NCBI GenBank assembly: GCA_022402535.1
Contig: JAKRSD010000020.1
Location: forward strand, 221,341 to 285,340
Source: Flavobacteriales bacterium
Lineage (GTDB): Bacteria > Bacteroidota > Bacteroidia > CAIKAF01
Length of the DNA stretch: 64,000 nucleotides
Direction of reading: 5' to 3'
In this document: positions 30,120-40,752 of the stretch, piece by piece
Layout of the letters: every line of letters begins with the position of its first letter
How positions within the stretch are numbered: position 1 is the stretch's first letter
Notes under the pieces: generated by a model
Seen by the model: the letters and a program-made list of their open reading frames with translations, nothing else
What the model was told of the DNA's origin: nothing
Database searches by the model: none
Program-made: the position numbers and the translations under genes

Positions 30120-30167
30120 CGTTGTATGTAGTCTTTTTAGCACCTTTGTCCTTTATACAAATACCCG

Positions 30168-31043
30168 ATGCTAAAATCTATGACCGGATTCGGTGCCGCA
30201 AAAGCCGAGTCAGAAAACATAAAAGTGAGCGTAGAAGTACGCTGCTTAAACAGTCGATCTCTGGATATGATGTTTAAGCCCCCCGGTTTGTTCCGTGAAA
30301 TTGAACATGAAATCCGGCAAAAGGTAAGCACCTTTCTTATCAGAGGGAAAACCGACCTTAGAATCACCGTTGAATATAAAAAAATTACAGGTTCGGGACG
30401 CATAAATACGGCATTGGCAGAAGCTTATTATACAGAGATGAAAGCTCTGGCTGAGCGCCTGGGTAATTCGGACGCCAATCTGATGGAAAGTCTTTTTCGC
30501 ATTCCCGATGTGTTTAAAACGGAAGATGAAGAACTTTCCGAAACCGATGCAAAAGCCTGTTTTGGGGCCATTCAGGAAGCCCTAACCAAGGTTGATGAAT
30601 TCAGGAGAGCTGAAGGAAAAAATCTGGAAAAAGATATTCTTTACCGAATCGCATGCATTCAGGATGGTTTGGACAAAGTACCCACTTTTGAAAAAGAAAG
30701 AATGAACCGAATCCGAAGCCGGATTGAGGAACATATTTCCTATCTGAAAACGGAAGCGGGTCATGATAAAAGTCGTTTTGAAGAAGAACTAATTTATTAC
30801 CTCGAGAAGATTGATATTACCGAAGAAAAAGTAAGATTGGCTTCACATCTCAAATATTTCAGAGAGATGGTCAATGGCACTGACGAAGATTTAGGTAGAA
30901 AACTCAACTTTTTGTCTCAGGAAATCGGACGCGAAATAAACACCCTGGGCTCCAAAGCCAATGATGCCGATCTGCAACGGGTTGTGGTGAATATGAAAGA
31001 TGATCTTGAAAAAATCAAAGAGCAGCTTTTAAATATTTTGTAA
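30168..31043 (+). CDS. yicC: YicC/YloC family endoribonuclease
   Basis: SMTGFG, DITEEKVRL, GRKLNFLSQEIGREINTLGSK. Confidence 0.93.
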   Translation: MLKSMTGFGAAKAESENIKVSVEVRCLNSRSLDMMFKPPGLFREIEHEIRQKVSTFLIRGKTDLRITVEYKKITGSGRINTALAEAYYTEMKALAERLGNSDANLMESLFRIPDVFKTEDEELSETDAKACFGAIQEALTKVDEFRRAEGKNLEKDILYRIACIQDGLDKVPTFEKERMNRIRSRIEEHISYLKTEAGHDKSRFEEELIYYLEKIDITEEKVRLASHLKYFREMVNGTDEDLGRKLNFLSQEIGREINTLGSKANDADLQRVVVNMKDDLEKIKEQLLNIL

Positions 31044-31052
31044 AACTTAACC

Positions 31053-31991
31053 TTACTGAGGGGCCTGTTCTCTGGGAAACCTCACTTTCTTCTGCTTCTT
31101 GGTTTTACGGTTAAGTTCATTGGGTAATTTAGCCCTTGCCGGTGTAATATTCAAGGCAAACATATACCTAAGGGTTATAAATCCTCTGAAACTCCCGTCT
31201 TTTTTTAGCGGATTTCCACGGGCAAACCCTTCCTGAGGAAAACTTCCCGCACCTTTATACGAATATGCCACACCCTGTGAACCGCTGTAGTTTTGCAGGG
31301 CTGCCACATCCGGATAGGTCGTGCTTACATCATCCAGATAGTCCGTGAAAAGCTGTACATATTCCACATTTACTTCCAACTCCAGGTTTCGGAGCGGGTT
31401 TACCACAAATCCGATATCATAAAACAGGGCGGGCTGATCAAGTTTATAAGGTTTTCTGTACCCCGGAATATTTTGCCCTTCGGTTCCCAAGGGTTTTAAA
31501 TACACGGAGCTGCCTCCCGAGCGGGAGTATGGATTAAAATGAAAATGGCCCACCCCTATACCCACGCTCGGCTTAAATACTTCGCGGGGCGTATTTTTAC
31601 CAAAAGCACATGCCACCGTGGATGCTTTCTTCTTGGCTACCCCATCGGCAAAAACAATAATCGGATAATAATTCACCCGCAGTTCATTCGTGTAATAAAG
31701 CGTTTCAAAATCTAAATTTCGTGAAGGCTGTACATTGCCCATCTGATCTCCGCCAACCAATTGTCCAAAGCTGAAACGGTATGAAACATCTAAAAAATAA
31801 CGGTACCGATAATGAACGGAAGCTCCCACAACAGGCTTCAAATAAGCAGCTTCGGGCAGAGAATTCCGTTTCAAATCTCCCACATAGTACCCTGGTCCGG
31901 CACGTAAAGCCGCTCCAATTCTGTGCTGAGCTATCAACAATGAGGGAAAGAGAAATAACAAAAAAGATAAAAATGAAGTCCTTGTTTTCAT
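31053..31991 (-). CDS. Outer-membrane beta-barrel protein (DUF6089/PorG-like)
   Basis: Signal peptide; YYVGDL, RNLDF, LKPLGTEGQ, FTDYLDDVS, RGNP...D motifs. Confidence 0.75.
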   Translation of the reverse strand: MKTRTSFLSFLLFLFPSLLIAQHRIGAALRAGPGYYVGDLKRNSLPEAAYLKPVVGASVHYRYRYFLDVSYRFSFGQLVGGDQMGNVQPSRNLDFETLYYTNELRVNYYPIIVFADGVAKKKASTVACAFGKNTPREVFKPSVGIGVGHFHFNPYSRSGGSSVYLKPLGTEGQNIPGYRKPYKLDQPALFYDIGFVVNPLRNLELEVNVEYVQLFTDYLDDVSTTYPDVAALQNYSGSQGVAYSYKGAGSFPQEGFARGNPLKKDGSFRGFITLRYMFALNITPARAKLPNELNRKTKKQKKVRFPREQAPQ

Positions 31992-32163
31992 GCTGTCGCA
32001 AAATTGGAACAAATGGTGAAGTAACAACGCATAATGAGCAGAAATAATTATGTGGAACGGAGCATAAAATCATCAAACCGAAACCCATAGAAACTATGCA
32101 ATGAACTGGTCTTTAGTGTTTAACTTTCAATTGAAAATTACAGCAAAAATAAAACAAACGAAA

Positions 32164-32194
32164 AAGGTTATTTAGAATCTTTCTAAATAACCTT
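32164..32194. promoter_or_regulatory. Fur-box-like palindrome upstream of the ACIII operon
   Basis: AAGGTTATTTAGAA-TCT-TTCTAAATAACCTT, perfect 14-bp arms. Confidence 0.7.
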
Positions 32195-32244
32195 CAGTGT
32201 ACCTAATTTTAGGTATTTCGCATTGGTTTTTTTTAACACGCTAT

Positions 32245-32252
32245 TAACTTTG
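32245..32252 (+). promoter_or_regulatory. -7 promoter element of the act operon
   Basis: TAACTTTG with TTG 19 nt upstream (32223-32225). Confidence 0.65.
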
Positions 32253-32315
32253 CCCCGGTTTTGGAGCGATCCTACAAGTCATTCGCAAAAAACGATGTCC
32301 GTTATGACCGATTTT

Positions 32316-33668
32316 ATGAACAAATTTTTGGGTTATACCATGCACAGAGTCATGGTATTATCGTTATTTTCACTCATTTCAATCACAGCATTTGCGCAGC
32401 CCGACGGCGGCAAGTTGTTTGATTCACAATGTAAGCGTTGTCACAACATTGGCGAGGCCAAACTGGTGGGTCCGGGATTAAAAGACGTAAGAAGTCGTTG
32501 GTCTTCCGAAGACAACCTCATTGCATGGATTCAAAACTCTGCTGAATATTTAAAAACAGGAGATGCTTATGCCGTGGGTCTGTATGAAAAATACAATAAA
32601 TCTGCGATGCCCGCTTTCCCTACGTTGAGTAAAGAAGACGTGGTAGCCATTCTCGATTACGTGGATGCCGAAAACAGCAAAGCACCTGAAGTAGCTGTAG
32701 CTCCAACGGGAACTGAAGGAACAGCAAAAGAAGAAGATAACAGCCTGATGTATGTGCTTATTGCGGTTGCCGTAATTCTATCTATTCTTATTTACTCACT
32801 CTACAGCATGTCTTCCTCTTTAATCACCGTGTTAAAACACCGTGACGGTGAAGATTCGGTGGATGACCGCTCTATGCTGGACAAAGCCGAAGATTGTTTG
32901 AAAGGAATGGGGTCATGGGCGAAGGAAAACAAAAAAATTGTAGGGTTACTGGTCACTGTTGTTGTACTCATCGGTTTAAAATTTGTTTGGGATTCTTTAC
33001 TCGGTATCGGGGTTTATACAAACTATCAACCTCATCAGCCAATCAAATTCTCTCATAAAATTCACGCCGGTGAAATTGGTATCGCCTGTGTGTATTGCCA
33101 TACGGGAGTTACAGAGTCAAAACAGGCAACAATTCCATCAGCCTCTACCTGTATGAACTGCCATAAAGGAGTAAAAGAAGGCGCTCAATACGGAAAAGTA
33201 GAAATTGCTAAAATATATGCTTCAATCGGCTTCGACCCTGAGAAAGATGCATATATTGAAAACTATAACCAAAAGCCTTACGAAGAAATGGCTTCTCTTT
33301 ATGAGAACTGGTTGGGTGATGGAGATGCTTACCGTCAGGTACAGTCGTTTATCCAAAAACCAATTTCATGGGTTCAGATTCACAAACTCCCCGATCACGC
33401 TTACTTTAACCATGCCCAGCACTATAAAGTGGGTGGTATTGAATGTGAAACCTGCCACGGTCCGGTTCAGGAAATGGAGGAAGTTTATCAATATTCTCCG
33501 CTTACCATGGGATGGTGTATCAACTGTCACCGCGATACCAAAGTGAAATTCGAAGAAAATCCATATTACGATAAACTTCACGATTATCTGTCAAAACGAT
33601 ACAAAGAAGGTGCTCAATTCACCGTTTCGCGTATCGGTGGACTTGAATGTGGAAAATGTCATTATTAA
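32316..33668 (+). CDS. actA: Alternative complex III multiheme cytochrome c subunit ActA
   Basis: Six CxxCH motifs (CKRCH, CVYCH, CMNCH, CETCH, CINCH, CGKCH), QPIKFSHKIH, two TM helices; start could be 32295-32340. Confidence 0.92.
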   Translation: MNKFLGYTMHRVMVLSLFSLISITAFAQPDGGKLFDSQCKRCHNIGEAKLVGPGLKDVRSRWSSEDNLIAWIQNSAEYLKTGDAYAVGLYEKYNKSAMPAFPTLSKEDVVAILDYVDAENSKAPEVAVAPTGTEGTAKEEDNSLMYVLIAVAVILSILIYSLYSMSSSLITVLKHRDGEDSVDDRSMLDKAEDCLKGMGSWAKENKKIVGLLVTVVVLIGLKFVWDSLLGIGVYTNYQPHQPIKFSHKIHAGEIGIACVYCHTGVTESKQATIPSASTCMNCHKGVKEGAQYGKVEIAKIYASIGFDPEKDAYIENYNQKPYEEMASLYENWLGDGDAYRQVQSFIQKPISWVQIHKLPDHAYFNHAQHYKVGGIECETCHGPVQEMEEVYQYSPLTMGWCINCHRDTKVKFEENPYYDKLHDYLSKRYKEGAQFTVSRIGGLECGKCHY

Positions 33669-33699
33669 TTATTAACGGACTCAATCTCTTCTCAATCAT

Positions 33700-36600
33700 A
33701 TGAGCAATCAGAAGATATATTGGAAAGGACTCGAAGAACTTCACGAAACGAATGAGTTTGTGAAGAACCGCGAAAATGAATTTGCGGAGTCGCTTCCTAT
33801 GGAAGAATTTCTTGGTAAAGAAAATCTTTCTCAGTCTAAAACTGGACGTAGGGACTTCCTCAAATTTTTAGGATTTAGCGTTACCGCGGCAGCCGTGGCA
33901 GCTTGTGAAGCACCTATACAGAAAGCACTTCCTTACGTAATCAAACCCGAAAACGTAACGCCGGGGGTGCCTAACTATTATGCTTCCGCCTATTTTGACG
34001 ATAACGATTTTGCCAATATATTGGTAAAAACCCGCGAAGGTCGTCCTATCTTCATTGAAGGAGGAAATCCGACTGTAGCCGGAAGAAACGGGATATCTGC
34101 GCAAATCTCAGCATCCGTGCTGAGTCTGTATGATACTACCCGCCTGAAAGAAGCCATGAAAAAAGGGGAACCTGTTTCTTGGTCAACCGCTGATTCAGAA
34201 ATTATTGATGCACTTACAAACATTGCCCAAAGCGGAAAACGTACTGCCATTCTTACATCTACAATCATATCGCCTTCAACTAAAAAAGCGATTGCTGATT
34301 TTTCAGCAAAATTCGGTAATGTAGACCATGTAACGTTTGATGCCATTTCTTACGATGCAATTCCTAACGCTCACGGTTCCGTATTTGGAAAAACAGCTGT
34401 TCCATATTATCGTTTCGATAAAACCATGGCCGTAGCTTCTTTCGGAGCTGATTTCATGGGTACCTGGTTAGACCACAACGCTTACCGTGGCGACTTTGCT
34501 AAAACCAGAAGCCCGAAAGGCGAAATGAGCCGTCTGTTTTCTTTTGAAGCGACCATGTCTTTAACAGGAGCAAACGCTGATTACAGAACATCGGTAAAAC
34601 AAACTGAAATTCCTCATGCCCTGATCGCGCTTTATAATAAATTATCAGGTTCTGCGCTTCCGGCTACTAAATTAGCCTGCGATGCACAAATTACAAAGTG
34701 TGCCGATTACCTGAAAGCAAATAAGGGAAAAGCGTTGGTGGTATGCGGAATCAACGATGTTAATGCTCAGATTATTACGGCTGAAATTAATAAACTGTTG
34801 GGCGCTGAAGGTACTACCATGGATTTTGCCACACCGGTATTCACGAAAATGGGTAATTCTGGTGCAGCCGATGCTCTTTTAAAGAATATCGCTTCCGGCA
34901 CTGTTGGTGGAATCATACTTTACAATGCAAATCCGGCATACAACCATCCCATGGCTAGCAATTGGAAAGACGCTATTTCCAAATTGAAACTTTCTGTTTC
35001 ATTCGCTTCCAAAATGGATGAATCTGCCGAAGCTTGTACTTATGTTCTTCCCGATCATAACTATTTAGAATCTTGGAATGACTTTAATCCGTTTGGTGGT
35101 CATTTCGCAGTTGCTCAGCCAACCATTCATCCATTATTTAATACCCGTCAGGCTCAAGAAAACCTGTTAGTATGGGCTGGCAAAGCAAATCGTTCTGATA
35201 AAAATTCAAGTGCTTATCGTGAGTACATGAAAGAAGTTTGGAAAGAAACTTTGTTCAGCAAACAAACCAAATACGCTTCTTTTGAAGATTTCTGGAACTA
35301 TTCGGTACACGACGGTGCTTTTGAAACTACATATTCAGAAAGTGTTTCTATTCCATCTGAAATTATAACGGCCGGTGATGCTGCTGCTAAAATCAACAGC
35401 ACATTTAAATCAGGCAGTGGATATGAAGTGGTTTTATATCAAAAAATGGGTATCGGCTCCGGTAATCAAGCGAATAATCCCTGGTTACAAGAGTTACCCG
35501 ACCCAATTTCTAGGGTAACATGGGATAACTATATCACCATGAGTCCTGCCGAAATGAAGGAAAAAGGATTCGCGACCTACATCGGTCAGGAAGACCCGGC
35601 AGATATGGCCGAAATCAGTGTAAATGGTAAAACCATTAAACTTCCTGTAGTGGCATCTCCCGGTCAGGCAGTAGGTACTGTTGGTATTGCGGTGGGATAC
35701 GGAAGAACATTCGGTAAAGAAGGTGAAATCATCGGTCAGAACGCTTTCCCTCTGGGTTCATTCGTGAACGGAACCGTTCAAAACTGGACTGTTGGAGCCG
35801 AAATAAGCAAAACCGGAGAAACTTATCCGCTTGCGGCCACACAAACCCATCATACGATGATGGGCAGAGATATCGTAAAAGAAACTTCTCTGGCTCAGTA
35901 TAAAGAAAACAAACACAGCGGAAACCATAAACACTCTTTCCATACAAAGATTAAAGAACTTAAAGGGAAAGAAGTACATGGTCATTTAAGTTCTGATGAG
36001 GCCGATTTCTGGAAAAAATTCGATCGTCCGAACCACAACTGGGGAATGACGATTGATCTAAATGCATGTAACGGTTGTGGCGCCTGCGTTATCGCCTGTC
36101 ATGCAGAAAACAACGTACCTGTGGTGGGTAAAGATGAAATCCGTCGGGTACGTGATATGCACTGGCTGCGTATTGACCGCTATTATTCATCAGACACCAA
36201 CAAAGAAATGTTGGATAATGCCACCGGATTTTCTGCTTATAAAAAAGCGAATCTGGATGCAGAAATCCCTTCAGAATCTCCACAGGTAGTGTTCCAGCCT
36301 ATCATGTGTCAGCACTGTTCACAAGCCCCTTGCGAAACCGTGTGTCCTGTATTGGCAACTACCCATAGCAACGAAGGTCTGAACCAAATGACGTATAACC
36401 GTTGTATCGGTACCCGTTATTGTGCAAACAACTGTCCATATAAAGTACGTCGTTTCAACTGGTTTAAATATCACAACAACGAGCAGTTTGATTTCTACAT
36501 GAATGATGACCTTGGTAAAATGGTATTGAATCCTGATGTAAATGTTCGTTCACGTGGGGTTATGGAAAAATGCTCTATGTGTGTACAGCGCATTCAATAT

Positions 36601-36903
36601 GGTAAACTGGAAGCCAAAAAAGAACAACGTACCATCAAAGATGGTGAGATTAAAACGGCTTGTCAGTCTGCTTGTCCAACACATGCTATTTCATTTGGAG
36701 ATTACAATGATGAGGCTTCTTTAGTTCACGAACTTCGTGCTGATGAAAGAGCATACGCTCTTCTTGAGGAAGTAGGAACCGAGCCGAATGTGTTCTACCA
36801 AGTGAAAGTGCGTAACGTTGACGAGGCGTATTATCACGGACATGATGAAGCGCACCATGAAGGCGGAGAACACCACGAAGAAAATGGCCACGGAGGTCAC
36901 TAA
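33700..36903 (+). CDS. actB: Alternative complex III subunit ActB (molybdopterin-oxidoreductase-like + Fe-S domain)
   Basis: YWKGLEEL, Tat RRDFLK, CNGCGACVIAC, CQHC..APCETVCP, CIGTRYCANNCPY, KCSMC. Confidence 0.95.
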   Translation: MSNQKIYWKGLEELHETNEFVKNRENEFAESLPMEEFLGKENLSQSKTGRRDFLKFLGFSVTAAAVAACEAPIQKALPYVIKPENVTPGVPNYYASAYFDDNDFANILVKTREGRPIFIEGGNPTVAGRNGISAQISASVLSLYDTTRLKEAMKKGEPVSWSTADSEIIDALTNIAQSGKRTAILTSTIISPSTKKAIADFSAKFGNVDHVTFDAISYDAIPNAHGSVFGKTAVPYYRFDKTMAVASFGADFMGTWLDHNAYRGDFAKTRSPKGEMSRLFSFEATMSLTGANADYRTSVKQTEIPHALIALYNKLSGSALPATKLACDAQITKCADYLKANKGKALVVCGINDVNAQIITAEINKLLGAEGTTMDFATPVFTKMGNSGAADALLKNIASGTVGGIILYNANPAYNHPMASNWKDAISKLKLSVSFASKMDESAEACTYVLPDHNYLESWNDFNPFGGHFAVAQPTIHPLFNTRQAQENLLVWAGKANRSDKNSSAYREYMKEVWKETLFSKQTKYASFEDFWNYSVHDGAFETTYSESVSIPSEIITAGDAAAKINSTFKSGSGYEVVLYQKMGIGSGNQANNPWLQELPDPISRVTWDNYITMSPAEMKEKGFATYIGQEDPADMAEISVNGKTIKLPVVASPGQAVGTVGIAVGYGRTFGKEGEIIGQNAFPLGSFVNGTVQNWTVGAEISKTGETYPLAATQTHHTMMGRDIVKETSLAQYKENKHSGNHKHSFHTKIKELKGKEVHGHLSSDEADFWKKFDRPNHNWGMTIDLNACNGCGACVIACHAENNVPVVGKDEIRRVRDMHWLRIDRYYSSDTNKEMLDNATGFSAYKKANLDAEIPSESPQVVFQPIMCQHCSQAPCETVCPVLATTHSNEGLNQMTYNRCIGTRYCANNCPYKVRRFNWFKYHNNEQFDFYMNDDLGKMVLNPDVNVRSRGVMEKCSMCVQRIQYGKLEAKKEQRTIKDGEIKTACQSACPTHAISFGDYNDEASLVHELRADERAYALLEEVGTEPNVFYQVKVRNVDEAYYHGHDEAHHEGGEHHEENGHGGH

Positions 36904-36946
36904 TAGTAATTGAATATTTCAACGAGAATTTTATAAAAAATAAAAT

Positions 36947-38344
36947 ATGCACGGCGAGTCGATATACAGAAAACCGTTGATTTTAGGAGATAAAACCTAC
37001 AATCAAATTACTGAAGACATTTGTGCCCCTATTGAAGGGCGAGCCGGAAAGCTATGGTATCTTGCATTTACCTTGGCAGCCATGGCTGCTCTGTGGGGTG
37101 TAGGATGTATCGCTTACCTGATTGGAACCGGGGTAGGAACCTGGGGTCTGAACCGCACCGTTAACTGGGCTTGGGATATTACCAACTTTGTTTGGTGGGT
37201 AGGTATCGGTCACGCGGGAACCCTGATTTCTGCAGTATTATTACTTTTCCGCCAGCGTTGGAGAATGGCCGTTAACAGATCAGCGGAAGCGATGACCATA
37301 TTTGCCGTAGTCTGTGCCGGTTTGTTTCCACTCATGCACATGGGTAGAATTTGGGTAGCCTATTGGACTCTTCCACTGCCCAACCAATTCGGTTCCCTGT
37401 GGGTAAACTTTAACTCCCCTCTGCTTTGGGACGTATTTGCGATTTCTACTTATTTCTCTGTATCTTTAGGATTCTGGTACACCGGTTTGATACCAGATTT
37501 CGCAACCGTGCGCGACCGCCAATCCATCAAATGGATGCGTGCAATTTATAAAATCACATCATTCGGATGGTCGGGTACAGCTAAACAATGGCAACGTTTT
37601 GAAGAAGTATCCTTGGTTTTGGCGGGTATGTCAACTCCTCTCGTACTTTCTGTTCACACGATTGTATCTTTTGACTTTGCTACTTCGGTAATTCCCGGTT
37701 GGCACACAACCATCTTCCCGCCTTATTTCGTTGCGGGAGCCATCTTCTCAGGGTTCGCAATGGTACTAACCTTATTGTTGGTAATGAGGAAAGTATTAAA
37801 GTTGGAAGATTACATTACCATCGGCCACGTAGAATCTATGAATAAAGTAATTATTACTACAGGTTCTATCGTGGGTGTAGCTTATATTACCGAGTTATTT
37901 ATAGCCTGGTACTCGGGGGTAATGTATGAGCAGTATGCATTCTTAAACAGAGCAACCGGTCCCCTTTCGTGGTCATACTGGATTATGATGACCTGTAACG
38001 TGATTTCTCCACAGCTTTTCTGGGTGAAAAAATTGCGCACTAACCTTGTATTTACGTTCTTCATGTCTTTAGTAATTAACCTGGGTATGTGGTTTGAGCG
38101 TTTCGTAATTATCGTAACCTCTCTGCACAGAGACTTTTTACCTTCTTCCTGGACGATGTTCTATCCTACCTATGTAGATATAGGCATTTTCGTGGGAACT
38201 TTGGGTATCTTCTTCACCTTGTTCCTCTTATTTGCCCGTACATTCCCGGTAATTGCGATGGCTGAGCTCAAGTCTATCCTGAAAATTTCGGGAGAAAAAC
38301 AAAAAGAAGATTTTGCAAAACACTCACACGATCAACACCATTAA
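36947..38344 (+). CDS. actC: Alternative complex III quinol-oxidising subunit ActC (NrfD family)
   Basis: WDITNFVWWVGIGHAGTLISA, RSAEAMT, HMGR, SPLLWD, PGWHTTIFPPYF. Confidence 0.95.
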   Translation: MHGESIYRKPLILGDKTYNQITEDICAPIEGRAGKLWYLAFTLAAMAALWGVGCIAYLIGTGVGTWGLNRTVNWAWDITNFVWWVGIGHAGTLISAVLLLFRQRWRMAVNRSAEAMTIFAVVCAGLFPLMHMGRIWVAYWTLPLPNQFGSLWVNFNSPLLWDVFAISTYFSVSLGFWYTGLIPDFATVRDRQSIKWMRAIYKITSFGWSGTAKQWQRFEEVSLVLAGMSTPLVLSVHTIVSFDFATSVIPGWHTTIFPPYFVAGAIFSGFAMVLTLLLVMRKVLKLEDYITIGHVESMNKVIITTGSIVGVAYITELFIAWYSGVMYEQYAFLNRATGPLSWSYWIMMTCNVISPQLFWVKKLRTNLVFTFFMSLVINLGMWFERFVIIVTSLHRDFLPSSWTMFYPTYVDIGIFVGTLGIFFTLFLLFARTFPVIAMAELKSILKISGEKQKEDFAKHSHDQHH

Positions 38345-38356
38345 ACCATTGCGAAT

Positions 38357-38890
38357 ATGAGCAAGAATTTAATATATGCAGTTTTTAGCGACCCGGACGA
38401 TACCGTTCATGCAGGCCATGAATTAACCGGTGCCGGTGTAAAAATAAACACGGTTTATTCCCCTTTCCCTATTCACGGGTTAGATGATGCTATCGGTTTA
38501 AAGCCTACTCGTATATCGGTTGCCGCATTCATGTTTGGCGCTACCGGTTTATCTCTGGCACTTCTGATGATGTGGTATATGATGATTTATGACTGGCCCA
38601 TGAACATCGGAGGAAAGCCCTCTTTCAGTCTGGCAGAAAACATCCCTTCATTTGTGCCAGTTTTATTTGAGTGTACCGTATTATTTGGAGCACATGGTAT
38701 GATCTGGACTTTTTTCTTCATCAGCGATATTCTTCCGGGAAAGGATGGTAAAAATCCAGATCCTCGTACTACAGATGATAAAATTATCATAGAAATCGAC
38801 CCTGCAAACCAAAAACATTCAGAAGACCAATTGATTTCAATGTTGAAATCAGCAGGTGCTGAAGAAATAAATCGTAGCGGAAACCATTGA
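38357..38890 (+). CDS. actD: Alternative complex III subunit ActD (DUF3341)
   Basis: YSPFPIHGLD, DWPMNIGGKP, FVPVLFECTVL, DPRTTDD. Confidence 0.93.
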   Translation: MSKNLIYAVFSDPDDTVHAGHELTGAGVKINTVYSPFPIHGLDDAIGLKPTRISVAAFMFGATGLSLALLMMWYMMIYDWPMNIGGKPSFSLAENIPSFVPVLFECTVLFGAHGMIWTFFFISDILPGKDGKNPDPRTTDDKIIIEIDPANQKHSEDQLISMLKSAGAEEINRSGNH

Positions 38891-38904
38891 TAGACTAAGA
38901 AGAA

Positions 38905-39492
38905 ATGAATATGAAAAAATATATATCATTGGGATTGTTTGCCTCAGCAGCTTTTATCATGAGCTCCTGCAGTAAAGACCCACAAAGCCCGGGCTACGAG
39001 TTTATGCCTGATATGTATCGTGCGGTAGGATATGAAGGATACGGTCCTAACAAAAACTACGAAGACGGAACCAATGCCCGTACTCCCGTAGATGGAACTA
39101 TACCATTTCAAACCAACAGGGATAACATCATGAATGTATTTCCATATCCACACCCCAATACACCTGAAGGATATGAAGCATCTGCTTTGATGAAAAATCC
39201 AATTCCTTTTAGTGAAGCGGTTTTAGCAGAAGGAAAAACGATATATACCAACTTTTGTGTTCATTGCCACGGAGCTAATGGACAAGGTGATGGTGGTGCC
39301 GGTAAAAAACAGGCCATTTTAATTCCACCTGCCTATAATTCTGATCAGTTGAAAGATTTGCCTGAAGGCAAAATCTTCCACTCTATCACATGGGGTAAAA
39401 ATGCAATGGGTGCACACCAATATCAAATATCTAAAGTTGACCGTTGGAAATTGGTGCATTATGTTCAATCGCTTCAAAAAGCAGGATCTTAA
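38905..39492 (+). CDS. actE: Alternative complex III monoheme cytochrome c lipoprotein ActE
   Basis: Lipobox MSSC, PDMY, CVHCHG, GKNAMG, DRWKLVHYV. Confidence 0.92.
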   Translation: MNMKKYISLGLFASAAFIMSSCSKDPQSPGYEFMPDMYRAVGYEGYGPNKNYEDGTNARTPVDGTIPFQTNRDNIMNVFPYPHPNTPEGYEASALMKNPIPFSEAVLAEGKTIYTNFCVHCHGANGQGDGGAGKKQAILIPPAYNSDQLKDLPEGKIFHSITWGKNAMGAHQYQISKVDRWKLVHYVQSLQKAGS

Positions 39493-39538
39493 TTCTGGAA
39501 TGTTAAATTATTGATTTTACGCTAAATAACATACTCTG

Positions 39539-40720
39539 ATGAAATACGTATTCCAAGGCAAATTAAAGATGGCGTCCTTCGCTCTGATGGGTATCGGACT
39601 CGTTGGTTTAATTGTCAGCTTCATCGTTTTTAAAGATAATACCCAAAGAGTTTGGGCAAATCTGTTGTTAAACTCCTTCTTTTTCACGGGAATCGCCGTA
39701 GCCGGTACTTTCTTTATTGCCGTAAACATTGTGGGTGAATCAGGATGGTATACTATGCTTAAGAGAATACCCGAAGCATTAGGACAATTTACCTACTTTG
39801 GTATGGCTGCTATATTAGCCGTTGTATTGGCAGGTGTATTTGGCGCACACCATATCTATGAATTTTTTGATCCCAAAGTGGTTGCTTCTGACAGCCTTAT
39901 TCAGGGTAAAATGGGCTATTTAAACACTCCCTTTTTTGTAGGTAGAATCGTAGCTTACTTTATCATTTGGGGAGGATTTGCTTATTTGCTTAGAAAATTT
40001 TCGTTGCAGGAAGAAGAATTAGGAGGCACATTTGACCATTATGTGAAAGTACGTAAATGGGCAGCCGGTTTCTTAATTTTGTTTGCTGTAACTTCTTCAA
40101 CTTCTGCATGGGATTTACTTATGTCTATTGATGTGCATTGGTTCAGCACCCTGTTTGGATGGTATATCTTCGCCGGAATTTTTGTATCTAGCATTTCCGC
40201 AACCATGTTACTCATGCTGCATCTGAACAAAAATGGTTATTTACCAAACTTAAACCTTAGTCACATACATGATATAGGTAAGTTTATGTTTGCCTTTTCG
40301 ATATTCTGGACTTATCTCTATTTTTCTCAATTTATATTGATATGGTACGCCAACGTACCCGAAGAAATCGTGTATTTCATGGAAAGATATGATACCAATT
40401 ACCGTCCTCTGGTATTATTGATGGTTGTCATGAATTTCGTATTGCCATTATTGGTTCTTATGACCCGTGATGCCAAAAGAAATTACAACCTTTTAACGGT
40501 AATGACTTTGTTGATTTTGGCAGGACATTGGTTAGATGTATTTCAAATCATCATGCCGGGTGCAGTAGCTGATAAGTGGGGTATTGGTTTACCTGAAGTA
40601 TCATGTCTGGCCTTGTTTGCCGGCTTATTTATCTTCGTGGTATTTACAGCCCTTACTAAAGCGAATGTAGAACCAACAAAAGCAACATTCTTGGACGAAA
40701 GCCGTCATCATCAAATTTAA
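39539..40720 (+). CDS. actF: Alternative complex III subunit ActF
   Basis: WDLLMSIDVHWFSTLFGWY, HDIGKFMFAFSIFWTY, QFILIWYANVPEE. Confidence 0.92.
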   Translation: MKYVFQGKLKMASFALMGIGLVGLIVSFIVFKDNTQRVWANLLLNSFFFTGIAVAGTFFIAVNIVGESGWYTMLKRIPEALGQFTYFGMAAILAVVLAGVFGAHHIYEFFDPKVVASDSLIQGKMGYLNTPFFVGRIVAYFIIWGGFAYLLRKFSLQEEELGGTFDHYVKVRKWAAGFLILFAVTSSTSAWDLLMSIDVHWFSTLFGWYIFAGIFVSSISATMLLMLHLNKNGYLPNLNLSHIHDIGKFMFAFSIFWTYLYFSQFILIWYANVPEEIVYFMERYDTNYRPLVLLMVVMNFVLPLLVLMTRDAKRNYNLLTVMTLLILAGHWLDVFQIIMPGAVADKWGIGLPEVSCLALFAGLFIFVVFTALTKANVEPTKATFLDESRHHQI

Positions 40721-40752
40721 TTTTACAAAACTGATTATAAATATTCGGTATC

